Assembly (NCBI RefSeq): GCF_006345805.1
Contig: NC_043004.1
Span: forward strand, 39,122,001-39,186,000
Length of the DNA: 64,000 nt
Direction: 5' to 3'
From: Octopus sinensis
Lineage: Eukaryota
The notes under the pieces are model-generated. The model saw nothing but the letters and a program-made list of their open reading frames with translations, was not told where the DNA came from and made no database searches. Both the position numbers and the translations under genes were made by a program. The stretch's first letter is position 1; each line of letters begins with the position of its first letter. Positions 26,570-37,729 of this stretch are shown here, piece by piece.

Positions 26570-27480
26570 TAGAGTATCTTGGGTTACGTTTACGTATTCT
26601 TTCTTATGTTACAATACATACTGGAATTTGATGACATTTGGCAGCTCCGAAAAATTTTCAATTCAGGTCTTTTTGGTTCTATATATTCCACATGGAAACT
26701 GATCCTAGCCTATAAGACTTTTCATTTGACTTTTCGTTGAGGTCGATAATCAAAGAATAAAATTAAATGAAATAAGAGAAAAATGTCTTTTGTTCATTAA
26801 ATGCCATTTAGTTGATTGGTTCTTAACCCTTTAGTGTTTAAACCGGCCATATCTGGCCCAGATATTCTACAAGTTTTATATTGAAACTGGCGATATCTAG
26901 CCTATTGCACCTAACCTACATTGACATTCTAAAAATAAACAATCACATCATTGAAACCTCAAAAGCTATGAGATAATGCAGGATTAATTCAAAACAATTT
27001 GAGTGGAAAAGTATTACAGTTAACAGAGTTATCTGAACATTAAAGTGTTAAAGACGCCGTTGGATAAACAGAAAATTCTTTACGACCTCTAATGAGACTT
27101 CATTACAATTAGTGCTCGTGCTCTTTGCTCTATGTGCCGTAGGGTACCCAACGGTACCCAGCATCACATTTTTAAGTGAGAATTCATGTGCAGATGTAAA
27201 TTAAGTGTGGAGTACATATACACTACACTCTTAGAAACTAAGACACTCTGCCAGAAAGTTTAAAGATCAACATGGTCTCTTTTGCCTTGACATGAGTTAC
27301 ATCGACGCTGTCCAACACGAGACTGTAAGCCTTTCATCAAATTGTTACGTCAGCCGAATCTGTCTGAAATCACACCAAACACTCTATTAAACATTAACCT
27401 ATTGGAGGTTGTAATCTCTCACTATATGTATATATGTATGTGCATCACATACATATATACCTTCTATTTGTAGCGGTCGT

Positions 27481-27928
27481 TAGACTGTGCTCATGCAGTC
27501 TAATTACTTGAAGTACTTTGGTCAAACGAAATGACCCCAGTATTTAGTATTTTGTGTCTGGTACTTATTCTGTTGTTCTCTGTCGCCGAACCGCTAAGTT
27601 ACAGGAAATTAAGCACCCCAACACCGGTTGTCAAGTGGTGTTGGGGGACAAACATAGACACAAACGCATATACTTACACACAAAAATATACACACACACA
27701 TTCAGACACGCGCACACAAACACATGCGCGCACGCTCATACAAACACATACGCACATGCATATGCATTAAGGTTTTTTTTTTCAATTTCCGGCTACCAGA
27801 TCCATTTACGAGGTTATAGTAGCACGAGGTACAAAAGACGCCACTTGCCCAAGATGCCACTCAGTAGGAACGAACCTGGAGCCTTGTAGATGGAAAGCAA
27901 ACTTCTTATCACACAGCCACGCTTGTGC
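27481..27928 (-). mobile_element. Degraded family-A SINE
   Basis: gccgaaccgctaagttac...caccggttgtcaag...ttggggacaaac...cacacagccacgc. Confidence 0.8.
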
Positions 27929-28254
27929 AGGTGCCATCCCTTTATAAATTTAAAGTTTGCCAAATGATTTCCTGCTTATATAAGCAAGGCTTGTTCTAGA
28001 TTCCGAGGTTTATAGGCCACTTAAAAGTACAAAACACACACTCTTGATTGCACCGCAGGCAGTTACGTTTTAACTCCCAAATATTGTTAGTAGTCACTTA
28101 TTGTTGGTCAGATGTGAATAACGGGAAATATTGTAACCGGTTCAAGAATCGAAACCGCGACTTCGCCAGCTTGAATCACAAAATACTGCACATACGTAAT
28201 ATGTATATAGTAGGTATATACTATTCTTTTCTACTCTAAGTACAAGGCCCGAAA

Positions 28255-28420
28255 TTTTGGAGGAGGGGGCCAGTAGATTTGATCTACCTCAGTACGCAGC
28301 TGGTACTTAATTTATCGACCCCGAAAGGATTACACGCAAAGTCGACCTCGGCGGAATTTGAACTCAGAACGGCTAAGCATTTCGCCCGGTGGGCAAATGT
28401 TTCTGCCAGCTCACCGCCTA
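28255..28420 (-). mobile_element. Family-B SINE (short-tail variant)
   Basis: ggtacttaatttatcgaccccgaaagga...ggcggaatttgaactcagaac...ctgccagctcaccgcc. Confidence 0.85.
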
Positions 28421-28462
28421 GTAGATATATAATATTGATCTATGTATTAGAGAGTAAGCACT

Positions 28463-28463
28463 G

Positions 28464-28560
<97 letters not shown>
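28463..28560. repeat. (AGAT)n microsatellite
   Basis: Direct reading. Confidence 0.95.
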
Positions 28561-28561
<1 letters not shown>

Positions 28562-29364
28562 GCATGCAGGCGAGATGGTGGGCAGGCAAATGGTTAGACA
28601 TAAAAGCTAAAGAGCAGAAATCATTGTCCAACGATTTTAACATCCGACCTCTGTTCAATTTCTAACCAAGAATCCAATTTTATTTCTCTTTACTTACACT
28701 ATGACAACCAAATGCACGAAACCCACATCTTTTATAGTATGAAAACCATAAAAGTCATAACGTTCAGATTTGATTCCCGTCTACTTGCAAATAATGTAAC
28801 CTCTTAGGAAACAATTCAGCTTCTGTGTATCGGCTGTGTGTGCGCGTGCGTGCATGCGTGTGTGTGTGAGAGAGACAGACAGACAGATAGACAGACTGAC
28901 AGAGACAGAGAAAGAGCGTCTATGTCTGCGTCTGTGAGTGTATGCGGCTGCATGTTCCTTTCTTGCTCTCTTCCTGTATATCATGTTGTATTTTCTTTAA
29001 TAAGCACATCCATTCTGCGGTGTTTGTGCCACATTCTCGGCGAAGCAGATCTTCTATTCTAATTGCTTTTGGTGTTTTCACCTGTTAATTAGACAAAATT
29101 TTGCACAGATTTTGCAGACCTATTATTAACGTATTTCAGTAATGAACCTTACACATCTTTTAGTTTCCAGAACAATGTATTATGGATTACATACGTCACT
29201 CCTAACGTGTCATTCCTAATGAGCCACTGCTATCGTTTAAGACAATATTTAAGGTAAATCTAGCTGCTATTACGAGCCACTGCAGCGACCATTTTGATAT
29301 TCTCTCGTTATCTCATCAACCACTAGAATTCTTTTGCTGGTGGTAGCATTTATTCATTCATTTC

Positions 29365-29711
29365 ATTTACATGTTTCAGTCATTTGACTGCGGCCATGCT
29401 GGAGCACCGCCTTTAGTTATTCTTTGTAAGCCTAGTACTTATTCTATCAGTCTCTTTTGCCGAACCGCTAAGTTACGGGGACGTAAACAAACCAGCATCA
29501 GTTGTCGAGCGATGTTGGGGGAGGGGGACAAACACAACACACAAACATACATATATATATATACATATATACGACGGGCTTCTTTCAGTTTCCGTCTACC
29601 AAATCCGCTCACAAGGCTTTGACGGCCCGAGGCTATAGTAGAAGACACTTGCCCAAGGTGCCACGCAGTGGGACTGAATCCGGAACCATGTGGTTGGTAA
29701 GAAAGCTACTT
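29365..29711 (-). mobile_element. Family-A SINE, 3' portion (split by the 2-kb insertion)
   Basis: Runs to ...ggaaccatgtggttggtAAGAAAGCTACTT; the missing head resumes at 31716. Confidence 0.92.
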
Positions 29712-30076
29712 TATTTCATAACATTTGCCATAAAGGCAGTACATAGAGTAAGTTAGCTTTGCGGGCTGGACGAGGACATTAATGAAGTGAATGATAATGA
29801 AAGAAAGATGATGGGAATGGGAGAAGACAAAAAGCGCCCGCCGACTTCTGCTTCTCTAAAACATTGTTCTTTTAAAAACAAACACAAAACGAGGTATTAA
29901 ACATCTTACAATTTTTTCAATTTTTGGACTTAACGGTCCATTACTAACAACAACATAGTTCAATAATTACATAAGATATAAATACATATCACAAAGCCCC
30001 TCCTCCCAGACCTGGCTTACACTTCCATTAGGAATGCGCCAGCTCTAGGTCGGGGCCCCTCAAGTCGTATCACAAT

Positions 30077-30535
30077 TTATGACTCGTCCTCAAAATAACT
30101 TGTGCCCGCGCCCTCCAACATCCACCACGCCTCCCTCAGAATGTAATCGAGTTCCGTGTTAGCGTCGCCCGGGACCAAGCTATAATCCTCATTGAGCTCC
30201 TTCAGCCCAAGCGTCACGTCGAACGCCACGGCCTCCACAGCTACCTGCGGAGGCCATTCGGGGTCCTGTGTGAAGGCTAAAGGTGCTCCCTTGTGATGCT
30301 TTTCCATCACCTTTTCAATCTCTCCGCCTCTATGGAAGTGGATCAATACCTCGTTTTTCCTCGGGTGCGGGATATTCAATTCTTTCGTTGGCGGCAGAGT
30401 TCCCGCCAACGGTGTTTATTCTCCTGTCGGTGGCACAACCCCAACCGACGTAGTTCCGGGACATTCCGGTGCTATGTCACCGACAGTCAGTAATGTCCCG
30501 TTTCTCTTCCTCTTTTTCTTTTTTTTCTTTTCAAC
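30077..30535 (-). pseudogene. Probable frameshifted C-terminal continuation of ORF1 (one in-frame TAA at 30416-30418)
   Basis: ORF-track entries 30416..30616 and 30077..30409 share one frame: VEKKKKKKRKRNG...GE*TPLAGTLPP...EDES*; same GC-rich composition as ORF1. Confidence 0.6.
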
Positions 30536-31340
30536 TGAGGGATGGTGCGTCTCCTCTGTGGCCGGAAGATTCGCCTTTTTTCTCCTCATCCCTAGTATCC
30601 TTTGGTGAGCACCCATTGTTGCCTACCTTCCTCTTTCGGCCTCTGTTTGAGGAATCCTCTGCTTCCTCGGCCGTTATCATTCCCTCTTCTACAGGGTTTT
30701 CACTTAACTGTTCCGGGATCCTATTTTGTTCCCGGGGACAGTTCTTCTTTATATGGCCGGACACCAAGCACCGATGACACTTAGGGGGGCGACCCTCAAG
30801 TATCACCGGGTACCTGCACCCGGCCATTTTAAAAAAATCTGGAAGAACCAGATTGGCTGATTGGGTCCAAAGGGTCAAAATTGCTTTTGACCCAACCCAA
30901 GCAGCCGAAGGAAGAACTTTTACATTAAGGAGCTTAGTTTCGCTGCTACCCAGACCCCGGCGGATAGTCTCCTCTATCCACTCGGGTTTTATCCCGGGTG
31001 GCAGCCCGCTAATCCAAGCTTTCGTCAGTCTCTTTTTTTGGTACGTGGGCAGGAATAAAATTTCCTTACCCTCCAGGAGTTTGCTAGCAAATTTGCAAGC
31101 CTCTTCAGGGGTGTCAAATAGCAACCACACCGTTGCATATTTGACACCCCTGGAAATGAATTTAATTGTTGGCAAATACTCTGCCAACTCCTTTTCAATT
31201 GCCGTCTTTTCGAATAGGGCGATGGTGTCGAGTGCCTTGGAGTAGGTTCTCAACACCACCGTCCTATCTTCACGGTCTTTTAACCACTTTTTAGGCGGTA
31301 TGATCTCCCATTCCAAAATTCTGTCATTTTTCATTGCCAT
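30531..31340 (-). CDS. ORF1p-like nucleic-acid-binding protein, N-terminal ~270 aa (ATG at 31340); RRM-like segments plus a CCHC zinc knuckle
   Basis: VWLLFDTPEEACKF and TKAWISGLPPGIKPEWI (RRM-like); YPVILEGRPPKCHRCLVSGHIKKNCP = C-x2-C-x4-H-x4-C, as in Tx1/L1-type ORF1. Confidence 0.85.
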   Translation of the reverse strand: MAMKNDRILEWEIIPPKKWLKDREDRTVVLRTYSKALDTIALFEKTAIEKELAEYLPTIKFISRGVKYATVWLLFDTPEEACKFASKLLEGKEILFLPTYQKKRLTKAWISGLPPGIKPEWIEETIRRGLGSSETKLLNVKVLPSAAWVGSKAILTLWTQSANLVLPDFFKMAGCRYPVILEGRPPKCHRCLVSGHIKKNCPREQNRIPEQLSENPVEEGMITAEEAEDSSNRGRKRKVGNNGCSPKDTRDEEKKGESSGHRGDAPSLS

Positions 31341-31715
31341 GTTTTTTTTTGTTTTTTTTTTTAATATATTCAAATTAAACTTAAAAAGCGAGAAGAAAAA
31401 AGTTCAAAAGTCCAAATGAAATTCGATAGATTTTTGAAAAAACAAAAAGGAGAAAGCACAACAGAAGGGAAGATATCAATGGAAAGTCGCAATAAACAAA
31501 AAAAAAACAAAAGGGGGAGTTAAATGAAGTTCAAAAGAAAGTTAATAAACAGCAAAACACAGCAAAAATCTTCTGGCATTACGGTACTCCCGGCCTGAGT
31601 TGAACCTGGAACGCCGCAACTATAACACAACTTCCACAAAAATTGGTCCAAAAGGTAATCCAAGTGGCTTATTCTTAAAGTTTTCTTGCGAGATACGCCC
31701 ACAAGAAAAATTCTC

Positions 31716-31750
31716 AAGAAAGCTACTTACCAGACAGCCACTCCTACGCC
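31716..31750 (-). mobile_element. Head of the split family-A SINE
   Basis: aagaaagctacttaccagacagccactcctacgcc. Confidence 0.9.
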
Positions 31751-32021
31751 TATGGTCACTTATTGTGTGAATGTCATTGGGAAATGTATGAACATCAAAA
31801 TATCTCATATCATTATGCCATGATATCAAAATGGATTATCATACGTTTATCGGTGATACACCCGAGTACACATGTACCTAGATAAAATAGCTACTTCATC
31901 CGTTCTTTCAAACATATTCACGCAGCCCTTAGCTCTTCTTACTCGAGGATTTACTTTCTCGACAACAAACGCACATTCTTACAATTTATACCAAAAACAG
32001 GCGCACACATACGCACACAAG

Positions 32022-32054
<33 letters not shown>

Positions 32055-32219
32055 GCTTACAAAACTACAATAATATGCATACCATATCTATCTGACGTAT
32101 AAATACGCACACACACACACACTCATACGCACATGCGCGTAAGTGCCTCCACACAACGGTTCTTATAATTCTATGTTAAGTAATACAACAAAGATTTAGA
32201 CCATACTTACGTTAATCTC

Positions 32220-32386
32220 CATCATTAACAGCGTTGTCGTCATCATCATCATCATCATCATCATCATCGTCATCATCATCATCATTATCATCACTAACAC
32301 TATTGCTATTCTATTATTATGGTCGTTGACATCATCATTATCATCATCGTCCTTATCATCATCATCATCAAATGCTCGTAGTACTG

Positions 32387-32423
<37 letters not shown>

Positions 32424-32448
32424 CAGTAGTAGTAGTAGTAGTAGTAGC

Positions 32449-32489
<41 letters not shown>

Positions 32490-32498
32490 CAGCAGCAA
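32220..32498. repeat. (CAT)n and (AGT)n trinucleotide microsatellites
   Basis: Direct reading. Confidence 0.92.
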
Positions 32499-32796
32499 CT
32501 GTAGCCTCTTAGTATCAATTATTAATTTGATTTTTCAGGCATTTTCTTCTGAGAAACTTACCATTAATTTTACTATTTCTTGCCTGACATCATGACCTTT
32601 GCCGTCCTTAGCCAGATCACTGTCAATGAGAGAGAGCGAGAGGGAGAGAGAAAGAGAGAGACAGACATACTAAAAGAGAGAGGAAGAGAGGGAAAGATGG
32701 GGAAGAGAGAGAGAAAGGGGTCAAAGTGATCTCATAGTCATCGAGAAAACGCTTTCAGTTCTTTTCAAGCCAGGTTCATCTATCTTTTATCATTTC

Positions 32797-33394
32797 CTTT
32801 TATCGTTTGTTTGTTTCAATCATTTGATTGTGGCCATGCTGGAGCACCCTCTTGATGACATTTTAATCGAATAAATCGATCCCAGTACTTAATTCTTGTG
32901 AAACCTGACACTTATTTTGTCAGTTACCTTCCTGAACCGCTAGGTTAGTGGGGCGTAAGCACACTAACATCACTTGTTAAACAAAGACACACACACATAC
33001 TACTATATATAGATTATATACATATACTATATCTTACTACATACATACACACACTCTCATGTGCGTGTGTGTGTGAAGGCGAATGGCTTAGAGCGTCGAA
33101 CTTACTACCATGACGTTCAAATCGCGGACCGGGCTGCGTGTTGTGTTCTTGAACAAGAAACTCTATTTCACGTTGCTCCAGTTCGCTCAGCTGTAGAAAT
33201 GAGTTGCGACGTCATTGGTGCCAAGCTGTATCAGCCTTTGCCTTCCCTTGGATAACACTGGTAGCGTCGAGAAGGGAGGCTGGTATGCATGGGCCACTGC
33301 TGGCCTTCCACAAACAATTTGCCCGGACTTGTGCCTCGGAGGGTAACTTTTTAGGTGCAATCCCATGGTCATTCGTGACCGAAGGGGGTCTCCG

Positions 33395-33425
<31 letters not shown>

Positions 33426-33597
33426 ATATATATACGGTGGGTTTCTTTCAGTACTTGTCTACCATATCTACTCACAAGGCTTTAGTCAACTTAAGATTAC
33501 ATTAGAAGACACACGCCGAAGGTGATACACAAGGAGACTGAACCCAGAACTATGTGGTTGAGAAAAAAGCTTCTTGCCTCACAGCCACGCCTATGCG
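32797..33597 (-). mobile_element. Degraded family-A SINE interrupted by a family-D SINE in its microsatellite core
   Basis: Tail part ~32800-33000 (catttgattgtggccatgctggagcacc); head part ~33430-33597 (..cacagccacgcctatgcg). Confidence 0.75.
33073..33392 (+). mobile_element. tRNA-derived SINE family D
   Basis: gtgaaggcgaatggcttag...gttcaaatc...gtgttcttgaacaagaaactctatttcacgttgctccagt. Confidence 0.75.
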
Positions 33598-33629
33598 TAC
33601 AAATCTGGAAAAGTCCAAGGGACATTATA

Positions 33630-33956
33630 TGGAGCACTCTGTCGGTTACGACGACAAGGGTCCCAGCGGATTCAATCAACGGAACAGCTTGCTCATGAAA
33701 TTAACGTGCAAGTGGCTGAGCCCTCCACAGACACGTTTACCGCTAACGTAATTCTCAGGGAGATTCAGCGTGACACCGAGTGTGACAAGGCCGGCCCTTT
33801 GAAATACAGGTAATACTCATTTTTTGCCAGCTGAGTGGAGTAGAGAAACGTGAAATAAAGTGTCTTGCTCAAGTCCACTACGCATCGCCGGGAACTGAAC
33901 TCCCGACCTTGCAATCGTGAGCCAAATGCCCTAACCACTAATCCACGCGCCTTCAC
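33630..33956 (-). mobile_element. tRNA-derived SINE family E (head related to D)
   Basis: Reverse complement gtgaaggcgcgtggattagtggttagggc...gggagttcagttcc...cttgagcaagacactttatttcacg. Confidence 0.8.
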
Positions 33957-34389
33957 ATTTAAAAAGGACATTGTTTACGTCTAAATAGACAGCATTATTA
34001 TGGTTGCTTTGCCTTTTATTATATTAAGGGCTGGCCTGGAGATCAATAGCATAACACCTTTCTTCATTGTTATATCGATAAACTATAATTCCCCACACAT
34101 ACACGTTATAAGTGTTTTTATTTCATCCTTCCTTTTACTGTCTTCCTGGTTTCTTAGATCTTTATTCGCGCAAAAAATCTCATATATATTAAAACAAATA
34201 CTCACATACACACACACACGTCTTTTCATCAGATTTATCGTGACTGTCGTGATAGTTTTTCATTGTCCTGATCTTATATCGATCGCTATTTTTTTTTTTA
34301 CAATAATAATAGTCATCATTGGTCATCATCAGCGGAAGTTTTATTTAAAACCAAATTATCGTCGTAACAATGACCACAAACACAACCCC

Positions 34390-34513
34390 CTATAACCAGC
34401 ACTACTACTACTATTACTACTACTGCTACTGCTGCTGCTGCTACTACTACTACCACTACCACCACAACCACCGCCACTACCATCATCACTATTACTACTA
34501 CTACTATTACTAT

Positions 34514-34554
<41 letters not shown>

Positions 34555-34785
34555 GTAGTAGTAGTAGTAGTACTAGTACTACTACACCCTCCACTATTAT
34601 TGTGCTGCTACTACTAATACTAATACTAATACTGCTGCTGTTGCTGCTACTACTACATCTACTACTACTACCATCAATAGCAACACTATTGTCACCACCA
34701 CCACGACTAATACTGCAACTACCACCACCACCACTACTACTACTGCTGCTTCTGCTACTACTACTACTACTACTACTACTACTAA
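34390..34785. repeat. (CTA)/(CCA)/(CTG) trinucleotide microsatellite complex
   Basis: Direct reading. Confidence 0.92.
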
Positions 34786-35319
34786 ATATACCATGTTTGT
34801 TGCCCTTCCACTAACGACACTATTGCTACAATAAACATCAAAAAACGCACCTTCGGTTACTCCACTATACCATTGCCATAATTTACCGTTTCCTCCGATC
34901 CTACCCACCTCCGCCCCTTCCTAACACATTATCCAAACCATTTAAGTTTATTCACCTGTTAACACGCTTTTAAAAGAATACAACAACATGGAAGCTGTTT
35001 AGCTTTTATTGCCGTTAAGTTCTATTGTTACGGCTATTTACCATTCCTGTTTGTATAGATCACGTTGTTGTTGAGGATTCCGTTTCGGTGTCGTTTTTGT
35101 TGCGATTGTTTTTGACATTGTTTTATTGTGGTTGTTTGTTTTTTTCAAAGCTAGCTCTGGTTGATCAAACACATGATCAAAGGTATTCTAACGCTACCCA
35201 TCCCGTTGTCATTTTTTTCCATTTTTATCTTTTTTTCTTTTTTTTTTGTTTGTTTCATTTTACATTTATATACGCCGAAGTATCATTGTCCAATCACATC
35301 TTTAAAAAAAAAGATAATA

Positions 35320-35481
35320 GGCGTAGGCGTGGCAGTATGGTAAGAAGGTGACTGAGAACCCACATGGTTCCGCGTTCAATCCAACTGCGTGACACCTTGG
35401 GTAAGTGTTTTCTATTATAGCCTCAGGCCGACCAAAGTCTTGTGATTCGATTTGGTAGACAGAAGCTGAAAGTAACCCTTC

Positions 35482-35485
<4 letters not shown>
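35320..35485 (+). mobile_element. Family-A SINE 5' half, running into (TA)n
   Basis: ggcgtaggcgtggcagtatggtaag...caccttgggtaagtgttttctattatagcc. Confidence 0.85.
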
Positions 35486-35521
<36 letters not shown>

Positions 35522-35526
<5 letters not shown>

Positions 35527-35960
35527 ATCCAAACATGAAAGCACAAAGAGAAAACACAACAACACGAGGGCGTGGAACAATTATAGTGTTATTGGAAATT
35601 CAGAAGAGGAAAGAAATAAGGAGGATTTAACGTTTCGAGCGGAGCTCCTTCGTCAGAAACAGAAAATGGAAAGATCCAAGGAAGGGAAGACGTAGGAAAA
35701 AAATCGCCAACCGTACACAAGCGGTCACATTTTGAATGTATATATATATGTAATGTGACCTCGTGTGTACCGTTGCCGATTTTTTTCCACTGTCTTCTCC
35801 TCTCTGGATCTTTCCTTCTCCTATGTTTCCGACGAAGAGCTCCGCTGGAAACGTTAAACCCTCCTTCTTTCCTTCTTTCCTGAGCGTCCAATAATACTAT
35901 ATCTGTTCCACGCCCTCGCGTTGTTGTGTTTTTTTTTGTGCTTTCTTGTTTGGATTAACT
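35522..35960. mobile_element. Diverged foldback element (~210-bp arms) with minimal hammerhead-like motifs
   Basis: agttaatccaaac...ggtcacatt / aatgtgacc...gtttggattaact; left arm (minus) gtttCTGACGAaggagctccgctcGAAACGTTAaatc. Confidence 0.8.
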
Positions 35961-35985
35961 TTATATATTTATATAGATATATATA

Positions 35986-36058
<73 letters not shown>

Positions 36059-36106
36059 GAAAAAACAAGTCAAAAATAGAAAACGCTAAAATAATTTTAT
36101 AGTGAA

Positions 36107-36154
36107 CATTTCAGTACCGGTTTCGGTCATTTTGAGACCTTTTCAACTGTAACG
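36107..36154 (-). ncRNA. Minimal type I hammerhead-like motif, U3-A8 core variant
   Basis: Reverse complement of 36677-36724. Confidence 0.65.
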
Positions 36155-36676
36155 ATTAAATAATTAAATTTAGAAAAATTAGAAGAAAAGTTTTTTTAAA
36201 AGAATATTTCTATAGTAGTGTTCAGATTTAAGTGGCATTCTGCCTTTCTCTGACTCCCTTGTTTGCACTTGTGTGTCGGAGGTCGTTGTGAGTTCTTGGA
36301 AGGGTAGTAGAGGAAGAAGGCTGGTGGGGAAAGGGGGATGGGAGAATCTGGGAGTGCCCTGATGGTCGTATTTTGAATCGTCAGTGGCGGCTGGCAGTCT
36401 CAGTTCAAAATATTCTCCTGAATTGAACTGAGACTGCCAGCCGCCACTGACCATTCAAAATACGACCATAAGGGCACTCCCAGATTCTCCCATCCCCCTT
36501 TCCCCACCAGCCTTCTTCCTCTACTACCCTTCCAAGAACTCACAACGACCTCCGACACACAAGTGCAAACAAGGGAGTCAGAGAAAGGCAGAATGCCACT
36601 TAAATCTGAACACTACTATAGAAATATTCTTTTAAAAAAACTTTTCTTCTAATTTTTCTAAATTTAATTATTTAAT

Positions 36677-36724
36677 CGTTACAGTTGAAAAGGTCTCAAA
36701 ATGACCGAAACCGGTACTGAAATG
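36677..36724 (+). ncRNA. Minimal type I hammerhead-like motif, U3-A8 core variant
   Basis: Stem I cgttacag/ctgaaatg; core TTGAAAA 36685-36691; stem II GGTC/GACC; GAAA 36707-36710; palindromic stem III ACCGGT; triplet GUA. Confidence 0.65.
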
Positions 36725-36806
36725 TTCACTATAAAATTATTTTAGCATTTTCTATTTTTGACTTGTTTTTTCATATATATCAACTCGTGTGTTCCTTTTC
36801 ACCCTT

Positions 36807-36854
<48 letters not shown>

Positions 36855-36859
36855 TGAGT

Positions 36860-37447
36860 GAAATGTATTTTGAAGACAATAATGGAAATGCTGTTCCTGT
36901 GATCTCCGATCCTTATATCGAGATGATAAGCAACTTCTTTGTGTCTGAATTACGACGAAAATGTATACCTATTTGACGTATGTGGATTCAGCAACGTGAG
37001 GCGACGAGCCATACAGCCAGAGTATCAATGGAAGTTCTTCGCCCTCTTTTCAGTGATCGCCTCATTTCCAGGTTTGCTGACATTCCTTGGCAACCTCGGT
37101 CCTCTAATTTGTCCATGTGTGGTTATTTATCTTGGGGAATCCTCGAGGAACGTGTATATGCGTATAAGCCCCGTACACCGGACGATTTAAAAGAAGCTAT
37201 TTGCGTGTAACTCGTCCATTTCGCGACATAGCAATGCTGGAGAGACTGGAAGCCAACTTCCAAGAACGCCTTCGTAAATTCACCAATGAAAATGGACACC
37301 ACATGATGGCTGTTGTTTTTGCATTTGATTTTGACAAATGCTAATTTAATACAAACACATTGATGTCAATAAAATTTATTTGCATCTAAAAAATTTATGA
37401 TTTTGTGAATTTTTCAAAAACGTCCGTCCTCTCTGCCCCTCCCTGTA
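36860..37447 (+). pseudogene. Decayed rosa-type (DD41D-spaced) Tc1/mariner transposase 3' half and right TIR
   Basis: YFEDNNGNAVPV..DPYIEMI.NFF...MWIQQREATSHTA...RLISR..IPWQPRSSNLSMCGYLSWG.LEERVY..KPRT.DDLKEAI. There are 41 residues between the positions of the 2nd and 3rd catalytic D (both mutated). Ends ...cccctccctg|ta. Confidence 0.85.
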
Positions 37448-37729
37448 TCACCATCAAGCATGTCTTAGAAGAGTCCAGGCATATAAGAAGAATGTTGACA
37501 CGAATTTTCAAGAAATGTGGGTGGTCATGTTTAGAATGTCTTTACTCGTGCACTGTTCTCAATAATAAATGTAGAAGTAAAGACTCAGTTTCAGATATAA
37601 TGTATTACCTATTACTTATCCGACACATATATTTGCTGCAATCTATTTCTTCCCCTCTTGCTTTTTATACCACGGATATTTTTTTACATCTGTAAACCTA
37701 CTCCTTGTAAATACGAACATTGATATATC

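Larger units (their letters stand above)
29712..31715 (-). mobile_element. 2.0-kb ORF1-only non-LTR retroelement (HAL1-like, Tx1/L1-type ORF1) with a 13-bp TSD
   Basis: TSD AAGAAAGCTACTT at 29699-29711 and 31716-31728; ~375-bp 5' UTR, gag-like ORF1, ~365-bp 3' UTR ending gaaata(aa); no endonuclease or RT sequence visible. Confidence 0.85.
36052..36780. mobile_element. Near-perfect palindrome: ~357-bp arms, 14-nt loop (36409-36422)
   Basis: Arms 36052-36408 / 36423-36780 with 3 mismatches seen; (TA)n flanks. Confidence 0.95.
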
